A stretch of 64,000 nt of DNA from Alphaproteobacteria bacterium. Its GTDB lineage: Bacteria > Pseudomonadota > Alphaproteobacteria > MPNO01. Under the pieces are notes generated by a model, which was given only the letters and a program-made list of their open reading frames with translations, was not told where the DNA came from and did not search any database. The DNA lies in assembly GCA_965248835.1 (NCBI GenBank), contig CBDFLJ010000002.1, positions 576,001-640,000 of the forward strand. Direction: 5' to 3'. Of the stretch, positions 1 to 10,140 are shown in pieces; position 1 is the stretch's first letter; every line of letters begins with the position of its first letter. A program made the position numbers and the translations under genes.

Positions 1-1
1 G

Positions 2-412
2 ATCGGCCTGCACCGCCATCTCGAAATCCAGCCCGGCATGGCCCGTGACCGCGAGGCGCTGCCGATTTCGGTGATCGAAGATGCCTGCGAGGCGGTGATC
101 GGCGCGGTCTACCTCGATGCCGGCCACGACGCGGCCTGCGCGGTGATCGAGCGCTTCTGGGGGCCGATGCTGCCCGGCGCCCCGCCGCGCGATGCCAAGA
201 CCGCGCTGCAGGAATGGGCGCAGGCCCGCGGCCTGCCGCTGCCGGCCTACCGCATGGCCGACCGCGAGGGTCCCGACCACGTTCCGGTCTTCACCGTCGA
301 GGCTAGGATCGAAGGCTTCCCGGAGGTCGAGGCCTCGGCCGGCTCCAAGCGCGCCGCCGAGCGCGCCGCGGCCAGGCTGCTGCTGGATCTGGTCGATGAC
401 AGCCGACGTTGA
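2..412 (+). CDS. rnc: Ribonuclease III, 3' part (5' end outside window)
   Basis: D(A)CEAVIGAVYLD catalytic motif and C-terminal dsRBD (DAKTALQEWAQ...GSKRAAERAAA); lies upstream of era. Confidence 0.95.
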   Translation: MGLHRHLEIQPGMARDREALPISVIEDACEAVIGAVYLDAGHDAACAVIERFWGPMLPGAPPRDAKTALQEWAQARGLPLPAYRMADREGPDHVPVFTVEARIEGFPEVEASAGSKRAAERAAARLLLDLVDDSRR

Positions 413-1319
413 CCGCGGCCGGCAGAGCGAACCGCGCTGCGGTTTCATCGCCATCATCGGGGCGCCCAACGTCGGCAAGTCGACCCTGACCAACCGGCTG
501 GTCGGCGCGAAGGTGAGCATCGTCACCTCCAAGGTCCAGACGACGCGAAGCCGGGTGTTGGGCGTGGCGACCGCCGGCCCGGCGCAGCTCGTCTATGTCG
601 ACACGCCCGGGATCTTCGCGCCGCGCCGGCGGCTCGACCGCGCAATGGTCGCCGCCGCCTGGGGCGGTGCGGCCGACGCCGACGTGGTGATGATGCTGAT
701 CGATGCGAAGAAGGGTCTGGATTCCGACGCCCGCCGGATCCTGGCCGGGCTCGAGGCGCCCCGCCGGGCCACAATCCTGGTGCTCAACAAGATCGACCTG
801 GTGCCGCGCCCCAGGCTGCTGTCCCTCACTGCGGCGATCAACACCGAGCGTCGGTTCGACGAGACCTTCATGGTCTCGGCGCTGTCGGGCGACGGGGTGG
901 ACGATCTGACCACCTGCCTGGCCAAGATCGTCCCCGACGGCCCGTGGCTGTTTCCCCAGGACCAGCTTTCGGACATGAACGAGCGGCTGTTCGCCGCCGA
1001 GATCACCCGCGAGAAGCTGTTCGAGCAGCTCCATCAGGAGCTGCCCTATGCGCTGACCGTCGAGACCGAGGAATGGGATCCGTTCGCCGACGGCAGCCTG
1101 CGGATCGCCCAGACCGTCTATGTCGGGCGCGACAGCCAGAAGGCGATCGTGCTCGGCCGCCACGGGGCGCGGGTGCGCGCGGTGCGCGAGCAGGCGATGG
1201 CCGAGATGGCCGAAATCCTTGGCCGCAAGGTGCATCTGTTCCTGTTCGTCAAGGTCCGTCAAAAATGGGACGAGGATCCAGAGCGCTACCGCATCTGGGG
1301 CCTGGACTACGACGCCTGA
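396..1319 (+). CDS. era: GTPase Era
   Basis: GAPNVGKST, QTTR, DTPG and NKID motifs plus KH-like C-terminus; ATG 396 chosen within ORF 192..1319. Confidence 0.96.
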   Translation: MTADVDRGRQSEPRCGFIAIIGAPNVGKSTLTNRLVGAKVSIVTSKVQTTRSRVLGVATAGPAQLVYVDTPGIFAPRRRLDRAMVAAAWGGAADADVVMMLIDAKKGLDSDARRILAGLEAPRRATILVLNKIDLVPRPRLLSLTAAINTERRFDETFMVSALSGDGVDDLTTCLAKIVPDGPWLFPQDQLSDMNERLFAAEITREKLFEQLHQELPYALTVETEEWDPFADGSLRIAQTVYVGRDSQKAIVLGRHGARVRAVREQAMAEMAEILGRKVHLFLFVKVRQKWDEDPERYRIWGLDYDA

Positions 1320-1335
1320 AAGATCGGATCCGGCG

Positions 1336-2094
1336 ATGGATTGGCAGGACGACGGCATTGTGATCGCGCGCCGCAGGCACGGCGAAACGTCGCTGATCGC
1401 CACGCTGTTGACCCGCGCGCATGGCCGCCACGCCGGGCTGGTGCGTGGCGGGACCGGACACCGGGCGCGGGCGACCTACCAGATCGGCAACCTTGTCCAG
1501 GCCGCCTGGCGGGCGCGCCTGGCCGAGCATCTGGGCACCTATCAGGCCGAAACCACGACGGCTTATGCGGCTGCGCTGCTCGACAGCCCGCGCCCGCTGG
1601 CTGCGCTCGGCGCTGCGGCCGCGCTGGTCGAGGCGGCGCTGCCCGAGCGTGAGCCGAATGGCGAGGTGTTCGATGCCTTGATCGTGCTGCTCGATGCGCT
1701 GGGCGGACCCGATTGGGCGTCTTCCTATGCCCGCTTCGAGCTCGCGCTGCTGGCGGCGCTGGGCTATGGGCTGGACCTCGAAAGATGTGCTGCGACCGGA
1801 ACGACGGAGGATCTGGCCTATGTCTCGCCGCGCACCGGAAGGGCGGTCTCGCGCCAGGCGGGCGCGCCCTATGCGCGCCGCCTGCTCGGCCTGCCCCGGT
1901 TCCTGATCGGCACCGGAGAGCGGCCCGACGGCGCGGCGATCACCGCGGCGATACGCCTGACCGGGCATTTTTTCGAACACCAGGTGTTCGTGCCGGCCGG
2001 CCGGCGCATGCCGCAAGCGCGTGCGGTGCTCTATGATGCTATTCTCCGAGATACCACAACATCTGGCGGTAAAGACACAGCCGGGACACAATGA
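1336..2094 (+). CDS. recO: DNA repair protein RecO
   Basis: [18 protein letters not shown]-terminal OB fold, CAATG...[11 protein letters not shown]; rnc-era-recO synteny. Confidence 0.95.
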   Translation: MDWQDDGIVIARRRHGETSLIATLLTRAHGRHAGLVRGGTGHRARATYQIGNLVQAAWRARLAEHLGTYQAETTTAYAAALLDSPRPLAALGAAAALVEAALPEREPNGEVFDALIVLLDALGGPDWASSYARFELALLAALGYGLDLERCAATGTTEDLAYVSPRTGRAVSRQAGAPYARRLLGLPRFLIGTGERPDGAAITAAIRLTGHFFEHQVFVPAGRRMPQARAVLYDAILRDTTTSGGKDTAGTQ

Positions 2095-4319
2095 CTGACC
2101 AACAAGACCTCTTCGCGCCGGAAATTCGCGACATCCCGCTGACTCGGGCACTGGGCGAGCGCTACCTCGCCTATGCGCTGTCGACCATCACCTCGCGCTC
2201 ACTGCCCGATTCGCGCGACGGGCTGAAGCCGGTCCACCGGCGGCTGCTCTACGCGATGCGCCAGCTCAGGCTCGACCCCGATGCCGGGTTCAAGAAATGC
2301 GCCCGCGTCGTCGGCGACGTGATGGGCCGCTACCATCCTCACGGCGACCAGGCGATCTACGACGCGATGGTCCGCATGGCGCAGGACTTCTCGGTGCGTT
2401 ATCCGACCGTCGAGGGCCAGGGCAATTTCGGCAATATCGACGGCGATAACCCCGCGGCGATGCGCTACACCGAAGCGCGGCTGACCCGCTACGCGCTGGC
2501 GCTGCTCGACGGCATCGACGAGGACGCGGTCGATTTCCGGCCCAACTATGACGGCACCGAGGACGAGCCGGCGGTGTTGCCGGCGAGCGTGCCGAATCTG
2601 TTGTGCAACGGCGCAAGCGGCATTGCCGTGGGCATGGCGACAAGCATCCCGCCGCACAATTTGGGCGAGGTGTGCGATGCCGCGCTGCATCTGATCGATC
2701 ATCCCGATACCGGCAACGCGAAGCTGGTCGATCTGGTTCCGGGGCCGGACTTCCCGACCGGCGGCGTGCTTGCGGAGTCCCGGGCGGTGATCGAGGAGGC
2801 CTACGCGACCGGCCGCGGCAGCCTGCGCCTGCGCGCCCGCTGGTCGGTCGAGCCGCTCAGGCACGGCATGTACCAGATCGTGGTCACCGAGATCCCCTAC
2901 CAGACCCAGAAGGGCCGCCTGGTCGAGCGCATCGCCGAGCTGATCACCCGGCGCAAGCTGCACATGCTGGCGGACGTGCGCGACGAGTCGGCCGAGGATT
3001 TGCGCCTGGTGCTCGAGCCGCGCAGCCGCGCGGTCGAGCCCGGCGTCCTGATGGAGCAGCTCTTCCGCCACACCGAGCTGGAGACCCGCGTCTCGCTGAA
3101 CATGAACGTGCTCGACGGCGGCAAGGTGCCGCAGGTCATGAACCTGCGCCAGCTTCTCCAGGCCTTCCTCGATCACCGCCATGAGGTGCTGGTCCGGCGC
3201 ACGCGTCACCGGCTGGACAAGATCGCCCGCCGGCTGGAGGTCCTCGCCGGCTACCTGATCGCCTACGCCAATCTCGATGAGGTCATCCGCGTCATCCGCG
3301 AGGCGGACGAGCCCAGGGCCGAGATGATGCGGCGCTGGTCGATGAGCGAGGTCCAGGCCGAGGCCATCCTCAACATGCGGCTGCGCGCGCTGCGCCGGCT
3401 CGAGGAAGTCGAGATCAGGAAAGAGCACAAGGCGCTGACGCAAGAACAGAAGGCGCTCAAGGGTCTGCTCGCCAAGGGAGACCGCCGCTGGGCAAGGATC
3501 GCCGAGGAAATCCGCGCCGTCCGCGACCGTTTCGGGGCACAATCACCCGGCGGCCCGAGGCGCACCGAGATCGTCGATGCGCCGGATCCGGTCGAGGTGC
3601 CGGTCGAGGCCGTCATCGAGCGCGAGCCGATCACCGTCATCGGCTCGCAGAAGGGCTGGATCCGCGCGGTCCGCGGGCACCTCGAGGATGTCTCCGACCT
3701 CAAGTTCAAGGACGGCGACCGCAGCCGCCTGGTGTTGCGCGCCCAGACCACCGACAAGCTGCTCGCCTTCGGCACCAATGGCCGGTTCTACACCCTGGCC
3801 TGCGGCAAGCTGCCGGGCGGGCGCGGACACGGCGAGCCGATCCGGCTGATGATCGATCTCGGCAACGACCAGGACATCGTCGCGCTCCTGGTCCATGAGC
3901 CCGGGCGCAAGCTCCTGGTCGCGGCCTCGGACGGCCGCGGCTTCGTCGTGCCCGAGGACGAGGTGCTGGCCCAGACCAAGACCGGCAAGCAGGTGCTCAA
4001 CGTCTCGGCCGGAGCCGAGGCCCAGGCCTGCGTCCCGGTCACCGGCGACGCGGTCGCCGTGGTCGGGACCAACCGCAAAATGATCGTCTTCCCGGTCGCC
4101 GAACTGCCCGAAATGACCCGCGGCCGCGGCGTGATTCTGCAGCGCTACAAGGACGGCGGCCTGTCCGACGTTACGGTCTTCGCGATGGAACAAGGGTTGA
4201 AGTGGCGCGCCGGCGAACGCACCCGGACCGAGACCGCGCTCGATGGCTGGATCGGCAAGCGCGCCGGCGCCGGCCGGATCGTGCCCCGGGGCTTCCCGCG
4301 CTCGATCCGGTTCGGCTGA
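2091..4319 (+). CDS. parC: DNA topoisomerase IV subunit A
   Basis: [25 protein letters not shown] active-site Tyr; 742 aa, short beta-pinwheel C-terminus without GyrA box. Confidence 0.95.
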   Translation: MTDQQDLFAPEIRDIPLTRALGERYLAYALSTITSRSLPDSRDGLKPVHRRLLYAMRQLRLDPDAGFKKCARVVGDVMGRYHPHGDQAIYDAMVRMAQDFSVRYPTVEGQGNFGNIDGDNPAAMRYTEARLTRYALALLDGIDEDAVDFRPNYDGTEDEPAVLPASVPNLLCNGASGIAVGMATSIPPHNLGEVCDAALHLIDHPDTGNAKLVDLVPGPDFPTGGVLAESRAVIEEAYATGRGSLRLRARWSVEPLRHGMYQIVVTEIPYQTQKGRLVERIAELITRRKLHMLADVRDESAEDLRLVLEPRSRAVEPGVLMEQLFRHTELETRVSLNMNVLDGGKVPQVMNLRQLLQAFLDHRHEVLVRRTRHRLDKIARRLEVLAGYLIAYANLDEVIRVIREADEPRAEMMRRWSMSEVQAEAILNMRLRALRRLEEVEIRKEHKALTQEQKALKGLLAKGDRRWARIAEEIRAVRDRFGAQSPGGPRRTEIVDAPDPVEVPVEAVIEREPITVIGSQKGWIRAVRGHLEDVSDLKFKDGDRSRLVLRAQTTDKLLAFGTNGRFYTLACGKLPGGRGHGEPIRLMIDLGNDQDIVALLVHEPGRKLLVAASDGRGFVVPEDEVLAQTKTGKQVLNVSAGAEAQACVPVTGDAVAVVGTNRKMIVFPVAELPEMTRGRGVILQRYKDGGLSDVTVFAMEQGLKWRAGERTRTETALDGWIGKRAGAGRIVPRGFPRSIRFG

Positions 4320-4453
4320 GAAGGCCGGGCGGTTCCCCGCCGCCGCCGGCGGCGGTCCCGGACCCGCGGCGTGCATGGGCAGGCCGATTGAGGCGGCGGG
4401 CGCTTTCTGCTACCACACACGGGAGCGGAACGAACGAGAGGGAGCGCACAAAC

Positions 4454-5548
4454 ATGAAACGCCGTAAATTCATTGCCAAGGCCGGTGTGGCCGGCGTCGC
4501 CGGCGCCGCAGCAACGACCTTCGCCGCGCCGGCGGTCGCGCAGAAGCGCATCGACATGGTCATGGTTACAACCTGGCCGCGCGATTTCCCGGGCCTGGGC
4601 ACCGGCGCCCAGCGCCTCGCCAGCCGCATTTCGGACATGACCGAGGGCCGTATCCAGGTCCAGTACTTTGCCGCCAAGGAGCGGGTCGGCGCCTTCGATT
4701 CCTTCGACGAGGTCGCCTCGGGCAATGCCCAGGCCTACCATGCCGCGGACTACTACTGGAAAGGCAAGCACCCCGGCTGGGCCTATTTCACCGCCGTTCC
4801 TTTCGGGCTGACTTATACCGAAATCAACGCTTGGATCCGCTTCGGCGGCGGCCAGGCGCTGTGGGACGAGCTCGCCGGCAATTACGGCCTGAAATGCGTC
4901 ATGGCCGGCAATACCGGCGTCCAGATGGGCGGTTGGTTCAACAAGGAGATCAACTCGTCGGACGATCTCAAGGGCCTGAAAATGCGTATTCCGGGCCTCG
5001 GCGGCGACGTGATGGCCAAGCTCGGCGCCTCTCCGGTCTCGCTGCCCGGCGGGCAGATCTACGAGAACCTGGTCTCCGGAGCGATCGATGCCACCGAGTG
5101 GGTGGGGCCGTGGAACGACAGCTTCATGAAGTTCTACGAGGCGGCCAAGTACTACTACTACCCCGGCATGCATGAGCCCGGCTCGATGCTGTCCATGGGC
5201 ATGAACGCGTCCTGGTGGGGCAAGCTCAAAAAGTCCGATCAGATCGCCATCGAGGCTGCGGCCGGGATGGAAAACGACGTGATGATGTCGGAGTACAACG
5301 CCAAGAACGGCTCCTCGCTGGCCAAGCTGGTGAACGATCACGGCGTGAAGCTGCGCAAGTTCAACGACGACGTCTATGACAGCTTCGGCGAGGCGGCCGA
5401 AGAGGTCTTCGAGGGCGTGCAGGCGCACAGCGAACTCTCCAAGCGTATCCATGAGAGCTTTGCACGTGCCCGGAAGGACCTTGGCGCCTGGTCGAAGATC
5501 TCCGACCAGGCCTACATCGCCCAGCGCAACCGCGTCCTGGGCGTCTGA
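4454..5548 (+). CDS. TRAP transporter substrate-binding protein, TakP-like, Tat signal
   Basis: MKRRKFI twin-arginine leader; GVQMGGWFNKEI, LKMRIPGLGG, DATEWVGPWND. Confidence 0.92.
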   Translation: MKRRKFIAKAGVAGVAGAAATTFAAPAVAQKRIDMVMVTTWPRDFPGLGTGAQRLASRISDMTEGRIQVQYFAAKERVGAFDSFDEVASGNAQAYHAADYYWKGKHPGWAYFTAVPFGLTYTEINAWIRFGGGQALWDELAGNYGLKCVMAGNTGVQMGGWFNKEINSSDDLKGLKMRIPGLGGDVMAKLGASPVSLPGGQIYENLVSGAIDATEWVGPWNDSFMKFYEAAKYYYYPGMHEPGSMLSMGMNASWWGKLKKSDQIAIEAAAGMENDVMMSEYNAKNGSSLAKLVNDHGVKLRKFNDDVYDSFGEAAEEVFEGVQAHSELSKRIHESFARARKDLGAWSKISDQAYIAQRNRVLGV

Positions 5549-5661
5549 ACCGGTCGCCGGCGGGCGACCGCGCCGGCGCGGGGCCGCCATACCCCGCGCC
5601 GGCCGTCCGTGCGGCCGGCAGCCATGGTCTTGACTCGCCATAGCGCCGATCGGGCGGGCTC

Positions 5662-6621
5662 GTGATCGGCCCGGACCAGGGCCGGGCGGCGTTGCGGGCC
5701 TGCGCGCTTTCGGTGGCAGCCGTCGGGCTGCTGTTCCCGGTCAACAACTATCTGATCTTCTGGCGCGGCTGGCCCGGTGTCGGCCCGGTCTTCGACGGCG
5801 CCGCACCGGCGCTGAGCTGGTTCCAGCTCGCCCTGTATGCCGCCGCGGTCGGGGCTGCGATCGTCTTCGCCCTGCGTAGCGCCGCGCGCCCCTTGACGGC
5901 CGATGCCGAGGACCTGTCGGCGATCGCCGCCTACATCGCCCGGGCGGCGTTCTGGGGGGTCCTGCTGGTCGGCCTCGCCGACATGGCGATTTCGTTCATG
6001 CGCGTGGAGGGGCTGCTCGGCGCGGTGTTCGGCACCGAACTCGCCGAGGCGCTGGGACGCTCGTGGTTCCGCGGCGCCTACGTCCACTACCCGCTGATCG
6101 CGGTCGGAATGGTCATCGCCGCGGTGACGCGGGCGATCGGCTTCGCCTGGCTCGCGCTTCTGATCGTGCTGGCCGAGCTGCAGATCGTTATCGCCCGGTT
6201 CATCTTCTCCTACGAACAGGCCTTCATGGGCGATCTGGTGCGGTTCTGGTATGCCGCGCTGTTCCTGTTCGCCAGCGCCTACACCCTGCTCCACGAGGGC
6301 CATGTCCGGGTCGACGTGCTCTATACCGGGTTCGGCGCGCGCGGCAAGGCGTGGTCCAACGCCGTCGGCTCGGTGCTGCTCGGCGTGCCGCTGTGCTGGG
6401 TCGTCCTGACCCGCGGCATGTGGGACAAGGCCAACCTGATCAACGCCCCGCTGTTGAGCTACGAGGTCACCCAGTCCGGCTACGGCATGTACGTCAAATA
6501 CCTGATGGCGGGCTTCCTGCTGGTCTATGCGGTCTCGATGCTGATGCAGTTTCTGAGCCAGCTTCTCAGCAGCGCCGCGATCCTGCTCGGTGACGCCGAA
6601 GCCGAAAGCGCTGCCGGGTAA
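5662..6621 (+). CDS. TRAP transporter small permease (DctQ family, extended)
   Basis: Multiple TM helices, AYTLLHEGHVRVDVLY DctQ motif; start codon uncertain. Confidence 0.88.
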   Translation: MIGPDQGRAALRACALSVAAVGLLFPVNNYLIFWRGWPGVGPVFDGAAPALSWFQLALYAAAVGAAIVFALRSAARPLTADAEDLSAIAAYIARAAFWGVLLVGLADMAISFMRVEGLLGAVFGTELAEALGRSWFRGAYVHYPLIAVGMVIAAVTRAIGFAWLALLIVLAELQIVIARFIFSYEQAFMGDLVRFWYAALFLFASAYTLLHEGHVRVDVLYTGFGARGKAWSNAVGSVLLGVPLCWVVLTRGMWDKANLINAPLLSYEVTQSGYGMYVKYLMAGFLLVYAVSMLMQFLSQLLSSAAILLGDAEAESAAG

Positions 6622-9275
6622 TGGAAACGCTGTTCCTGGTGATCCTGATTCTGACGATGGCGTGTGCGCTCGCCTCGGGCTATCCGGTGGCCTTCGCGCT
6701 GCCCGGTTCGGCGATCCTGACCATCGGGCTGGCCACGCTCAGCGGCTATCTGATCGAGGCCGATTCGGGTGCTTATTTCAGCCATGGCGGTCCGGTGCAG
6801 TGGCTGAATGCGGGCGTGACCAACTTCCGCGGCATCTATTGGGAGGTCGAGCGCGACACGCTGATTGCGATCCCGCTGTTCGTGTTCATGGGGATCATGC
6901 TCGAGCGCTCCAAGGTCGCCGAGGACCTGCTGGTGACCATGGCCCAACTCTTCGGCCCGATCCCCGGCGGTCTCGGGATCGCGGTGGTCTTTGTCGGCGC
7001 CCTCCTGGCCGCGACCACCGGGATCGTCGGCGCCACCGTGATCGCCATGGGTCTGATCTCGCTGCCGGTGATGCTGCGCAACAACTACTCGCGGTCGCTG
7101 GCCACCGGGACGATCGCCGCGTCGGGGACGCTGGGCCAGATCATTCCACCCTCGATCGTGCTGATCATCCTCGCCGACCAGCTTTCCAACGCCACCGATC
7201 AGGCCAGCACCCTGCGCAAGGCCGAATACAAGGAGGCCACCGGCCAGCTCACGCTGCCGACCGAGTTCGACCTGACCTCGACCAGCGCCGGCGACATGTT
7301 CCTCGGCGCGTTGCTGCCCGGCGCGGTTCTGGTCGGGCTCTACATGGCCTATATCCTGATCGTGTCGATGATCCGGCCGCGCATGGCCCCGCCGGTGCCG
7401 TTCGCCGGCAATCGCGATTTCCGGTTCCTCGGCAAGGTTGCGCTGGCGCTGTTCCCACCCCTGGCGCTGATCTTCCTCGTCCTGGGCTCGATCATCATGG
7501 GCGTGGCGACGGTCAACCAGGCCGGCGCCATCGGCGCCGTCGGGGCACTGGTCATGGCCGGCTACCGGCTGAAGGAAGGCAGTCGCAGCGCCTTCGTGCC
7601 CGCGGCGCTCGCGGTCGGCGCAACCACGGCGCTGATGGTTCTGGTCAGCGTGCATGACATCAACGTCAAGAACATCAGGGATGAACAGGACGGGCTCGTG
7701 GTGGCGCTGGCCGGCATCGCGGCGCTGGTGCTGCTCTACGCGATCGGGTGGAGCGCCTGGCGCGCGCACAAGATCGCCCGGACGCTGGAAGGCGTGATGA
7801 TCGAGACCGCCAAGACGACATCGCTGGTCTTCATCATCCTGCTCGGTGCGGCGATGTTGACGGCGGCGTTCCGCGCCTTCGGCGGCGAGGAGCTGGTGCG
7901 CGACTTCCTGACCGGGCTGCCCGGCGGGTTCATCGCCAAGTTCGTCGTGGTGATGGCGGTGATCTTCATCCTGGGTTTCTTCCTCGACTTCATCGAGATC
8001 GCGGTCGTCGTGGTGCCCATCGTCGCGCCGATCCTGCTCGCCGATACCACCGCCAACGTGAGCGCGGTGTGGCTGGGGGTCATGATCGGGGTCAACATGC
8101 AGACCTCGTTCCTGACGCCGCCCTTCGGGTTCGCGCTGTTCTACTTGCGCGGCGTCGCCCCGCCCGATGTCAAGACGACGCAGATGTATCTGGGTGTGGT
8201 CCCGTTCATCACCCTTCAGCTCCTCGCGCTCGGCATCGTCGGCGCCTTCCCCAGCCTGGTGAACTATCTGCCCAACCGGGTGTACCTGACCTCGGAGACC
8301 GCTCCGCCGCCCAAGAGCCCACGGCTCCAGGCCTGTCTGGAGGCGTATTTGTTCCCCGCGTACGACCGCGAGGGCACGCGCCTGCGCGCTGCGATCGCCG
8401 AGGTCAAGGCGCTCGATCTGAACGCTCTGCCCGATCGGCACCGCCGCGCGCTTGGCGAGAGCCTTCAGGCGGCCGAGGCGACGTTCGGCCTGGTCGAAAA
8501 GGTCCGGGCTGCCGAAGCGGCGCGAGTCGCGGCCCTGCCGGGCTACCGACCGCTGCAACGCCAAATGCGGGCTCTGCGCGTCGAGAGGCACGGGCTCGCC
8601 TCGGACATCGAGCGGCTGAAGACCGATCTTCGCCGGCTGCCTGAGGATGCGCTATCCGTGCGCACGACTCTGGCCGCACGGATCGACGGGCTCGAGCGGG
8701 ATATCAAAAGCGTGGACGCGCGGATGCCGAGCAACGCGGCGGCCGAACGGAAACGCTACAGGGCGCTGGTGGCCGCCGAGCGCCGTGCGCGTCTCGCCTA
8801 CCGGCGCAACGTCGATGATGCCTATCAGGGCGTGGTCGCGCTGCGTGCGATGGTCGCGGACGCGGACGCGCTGGCCGGGCTCGGGGGAACCCTGCACGGA
8901 CTGCGCTCGGCGGTCGCATCTGCACAGCCCAAGGAAGCGGTCGCCCAACTCCGCGCCGCGCAGACCGCGGTCGGCAAGATCGCCGGCGCCGGTCACATCC
9001 GCAGCAAGATCTCGCGGGCCGGCCGGGCGTTGCGCCGGGGCACGCCGGATCGGGCCAAGGCCGCCCGCGAGCTCGATCAGGCCCTCACGCGCTACGCCGC
9101 GGAGACGGACTGGCGCAACCGCGCCAGGGCGGCGCTTGCGCCGGGGCTGACCGCCTTCGATGCCGCTATTGCCGGAACCATCGGGCTGCGCCACCAGGAG
9201 CGGTTGACCGGCGCGCAGGCCAGAGAGATCGCGAGCTGCCAGGCGCATCACCGCGATATCTCGTTGAGTTTTTAA
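6621..9275 (+). CDS. TRAP transporter large permease (DctM) with long C-terminal extension
   Basis: LIAIPLFVFMG, GTLGQIIPPS, QTSFLTPPFGFALFYL; about 330 aa hydrophilic tail after the last TM helix. Confidence 0.92.
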   Translation: METLFLVILILTMACALASGYPVAFALPGSAILTIGLATLSGYLIEADSGAYFSHGGPVQWLNAGVTNFRGIYWEVERDTLIAIPLFVFMGIMLERSKVAEDLLVTMAQLFGPIPGGLGIAVVFVGALLAATTGIVGATVIAMGLISLPVMLRNNYSRSLATGTIAASGTLGQIIPPSIVLIILADQLSNATDQASTLRKAEYKEATGQLTLPTEFDLTSTSAGDMFLGALLPGAVLVGLYMAYILIVSMIRPRMAPPVPFAGNRDFRFLGKVALALFPPLALIFLVLGSIIMGVATVNQAGAIGAVGALVMAGYRLKEGSRSAFVPAALAVGATTALMVLVSVHDINVKNIRDEQDGLVVALAGIAALVLLYAIGWSAWRAHKIARTLEGVMIETAKTTSLVFIILLGAAMLTAAFRAFGGEELVRDFLTGLPGGFIAKFVVVMAVIFILGFFLDFIEIAVVVVPIVAPILLADTTANVSAVWLGVMIGVNMQTSFLTPPFGFALFYLRGVAPPDVKTTQMYLGVVPFITLQLLALGIVGAFPSLVNYLPNRVYLTSETAPPPKSPRLQACLEAYLFPAYDREGTRLRAAIAEVKALDLNALPDRHRRALGESLQAAEATFGLVEKVRAAEAARVAALPGYRPLQRQMRALRVERHGLASDIERLKTDLRRLPEDALSVRTTLAARIDGLERDIKSVDARMPSNAAAERKRYRALVAAERRARLAYRRNVDDAYQGVVALRAMVADADALAGLGGTLHGLRSAVASAQPKEAVAQLRAAQTAVGKIAGAGHIRSKISRAGRALRRGTPDRAKAARELDQALTRYAAETDWRNRARAALAPGLTAFDAAIAGTIGLRHQERLTGAQAREIASCQAHHRDISLSF

Positions 9276-10012
9276 GCGCCTTCGCCGTCCGCACCCTGAT
9301 AGACGACCCAGCCGTTCGGTCCGAGGATCTCGACCGGGCGAAAGCGAACCTTGTAGGACATCTTGGCGCTCTCGGCGATCCAGTAGCCGAGATAGACATG
9401 GCCGAGACCGCGGGCCCGCGCGTTTTCGACCAGCCAAAGCACCAGGTATGTGCCGAGGCTGCGGCGCGCAAGCTCCGGCGCGAAGAAGCTGTAGACCGCC
9501 GACAGCGAGTCTGCCAGCCGGTCGGCCAGCATCGCGCCGACGAGCGCGCCGTCGCTCTGGCGGAACTCGATGAGCCTGGTGTCGACCGGGGTGTCCTCGA
9601 CCATCGAGCGGTAGTCGTTGAACGACATCGAGGACATGTCGCCGCCGCCGTGGCGCGAGCGCTGATAGCGGGCGAACAGGCGATACTGCTCCATGGTCGC
9701 CACCGCGCCCAGATCCTCGGCCGCGAGATCGGCGTTCAGCCGCAGGACGCGGCGGATCGACCGGGTCGTCTCGAAACCCCGCACGCGGATCCGGATCGGC
9801 ACGCAGGAAGAGCACCCTGGGCAGGCCGGCCGATAGGCGAGTCCATGGCTGCGCCGGAAGCCCGCACGCGACATCCGCTCGTAAAGATCGGCTGCCTGGG
9901 GCCCGCCAAGCTCGGTAACCACCTTGCGCTCCTGCCGGCCCTGAACGTACGGGCAGGGCAGCACGCGCGTGCCGAAGAAGAACCGGTCGGGGCGGCTCAG
10001 CGGTTGGTTCAT
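9272..10012 (-). CDS. Arginyl-tRNA-protein transferase family (ATE/Bpt-like aminoacyl transferase)
   Basis: PCPY...ERKV, GFRRSH...YRPACPGCSSC, LSAVYSFF, VYLGYWI...MSYK. Confidence 0.92.
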   Translation of the reverse strand: MNQPLSRPDRFFFGTRVLPCPYVQGRQERKVVTELGGPQAADLYERMSRAGFRRSHGLAYRPACPGCSSCVPIRIRVRGFETTRSIRRVLRLNADLAAEDLGAVATMEQYRLFARYQRSRHGGGDMSSMSFNDYRSMVEDTPVDTRLIEFRQSDGALVGAMLADRLADSLSAVYSFFAPELARRSLGTYLVLWLVENARARGLGHVYLGYWIAESAKMSYKVRFRPVEILGPNGWVVYQGADGEGA

Positions 10013-10140
10013 CGCTTGGGGCGAACCGTCACGAATCGGTCGGCTCCTCCTGTCGGTCCCGGTAATTGCGGCTGATAATAGCGGCTGAACGGAATCCACA
10101 AAACCCGGCGGCCGCGCCGGGCAGGGAGGACAGCGGGTCG

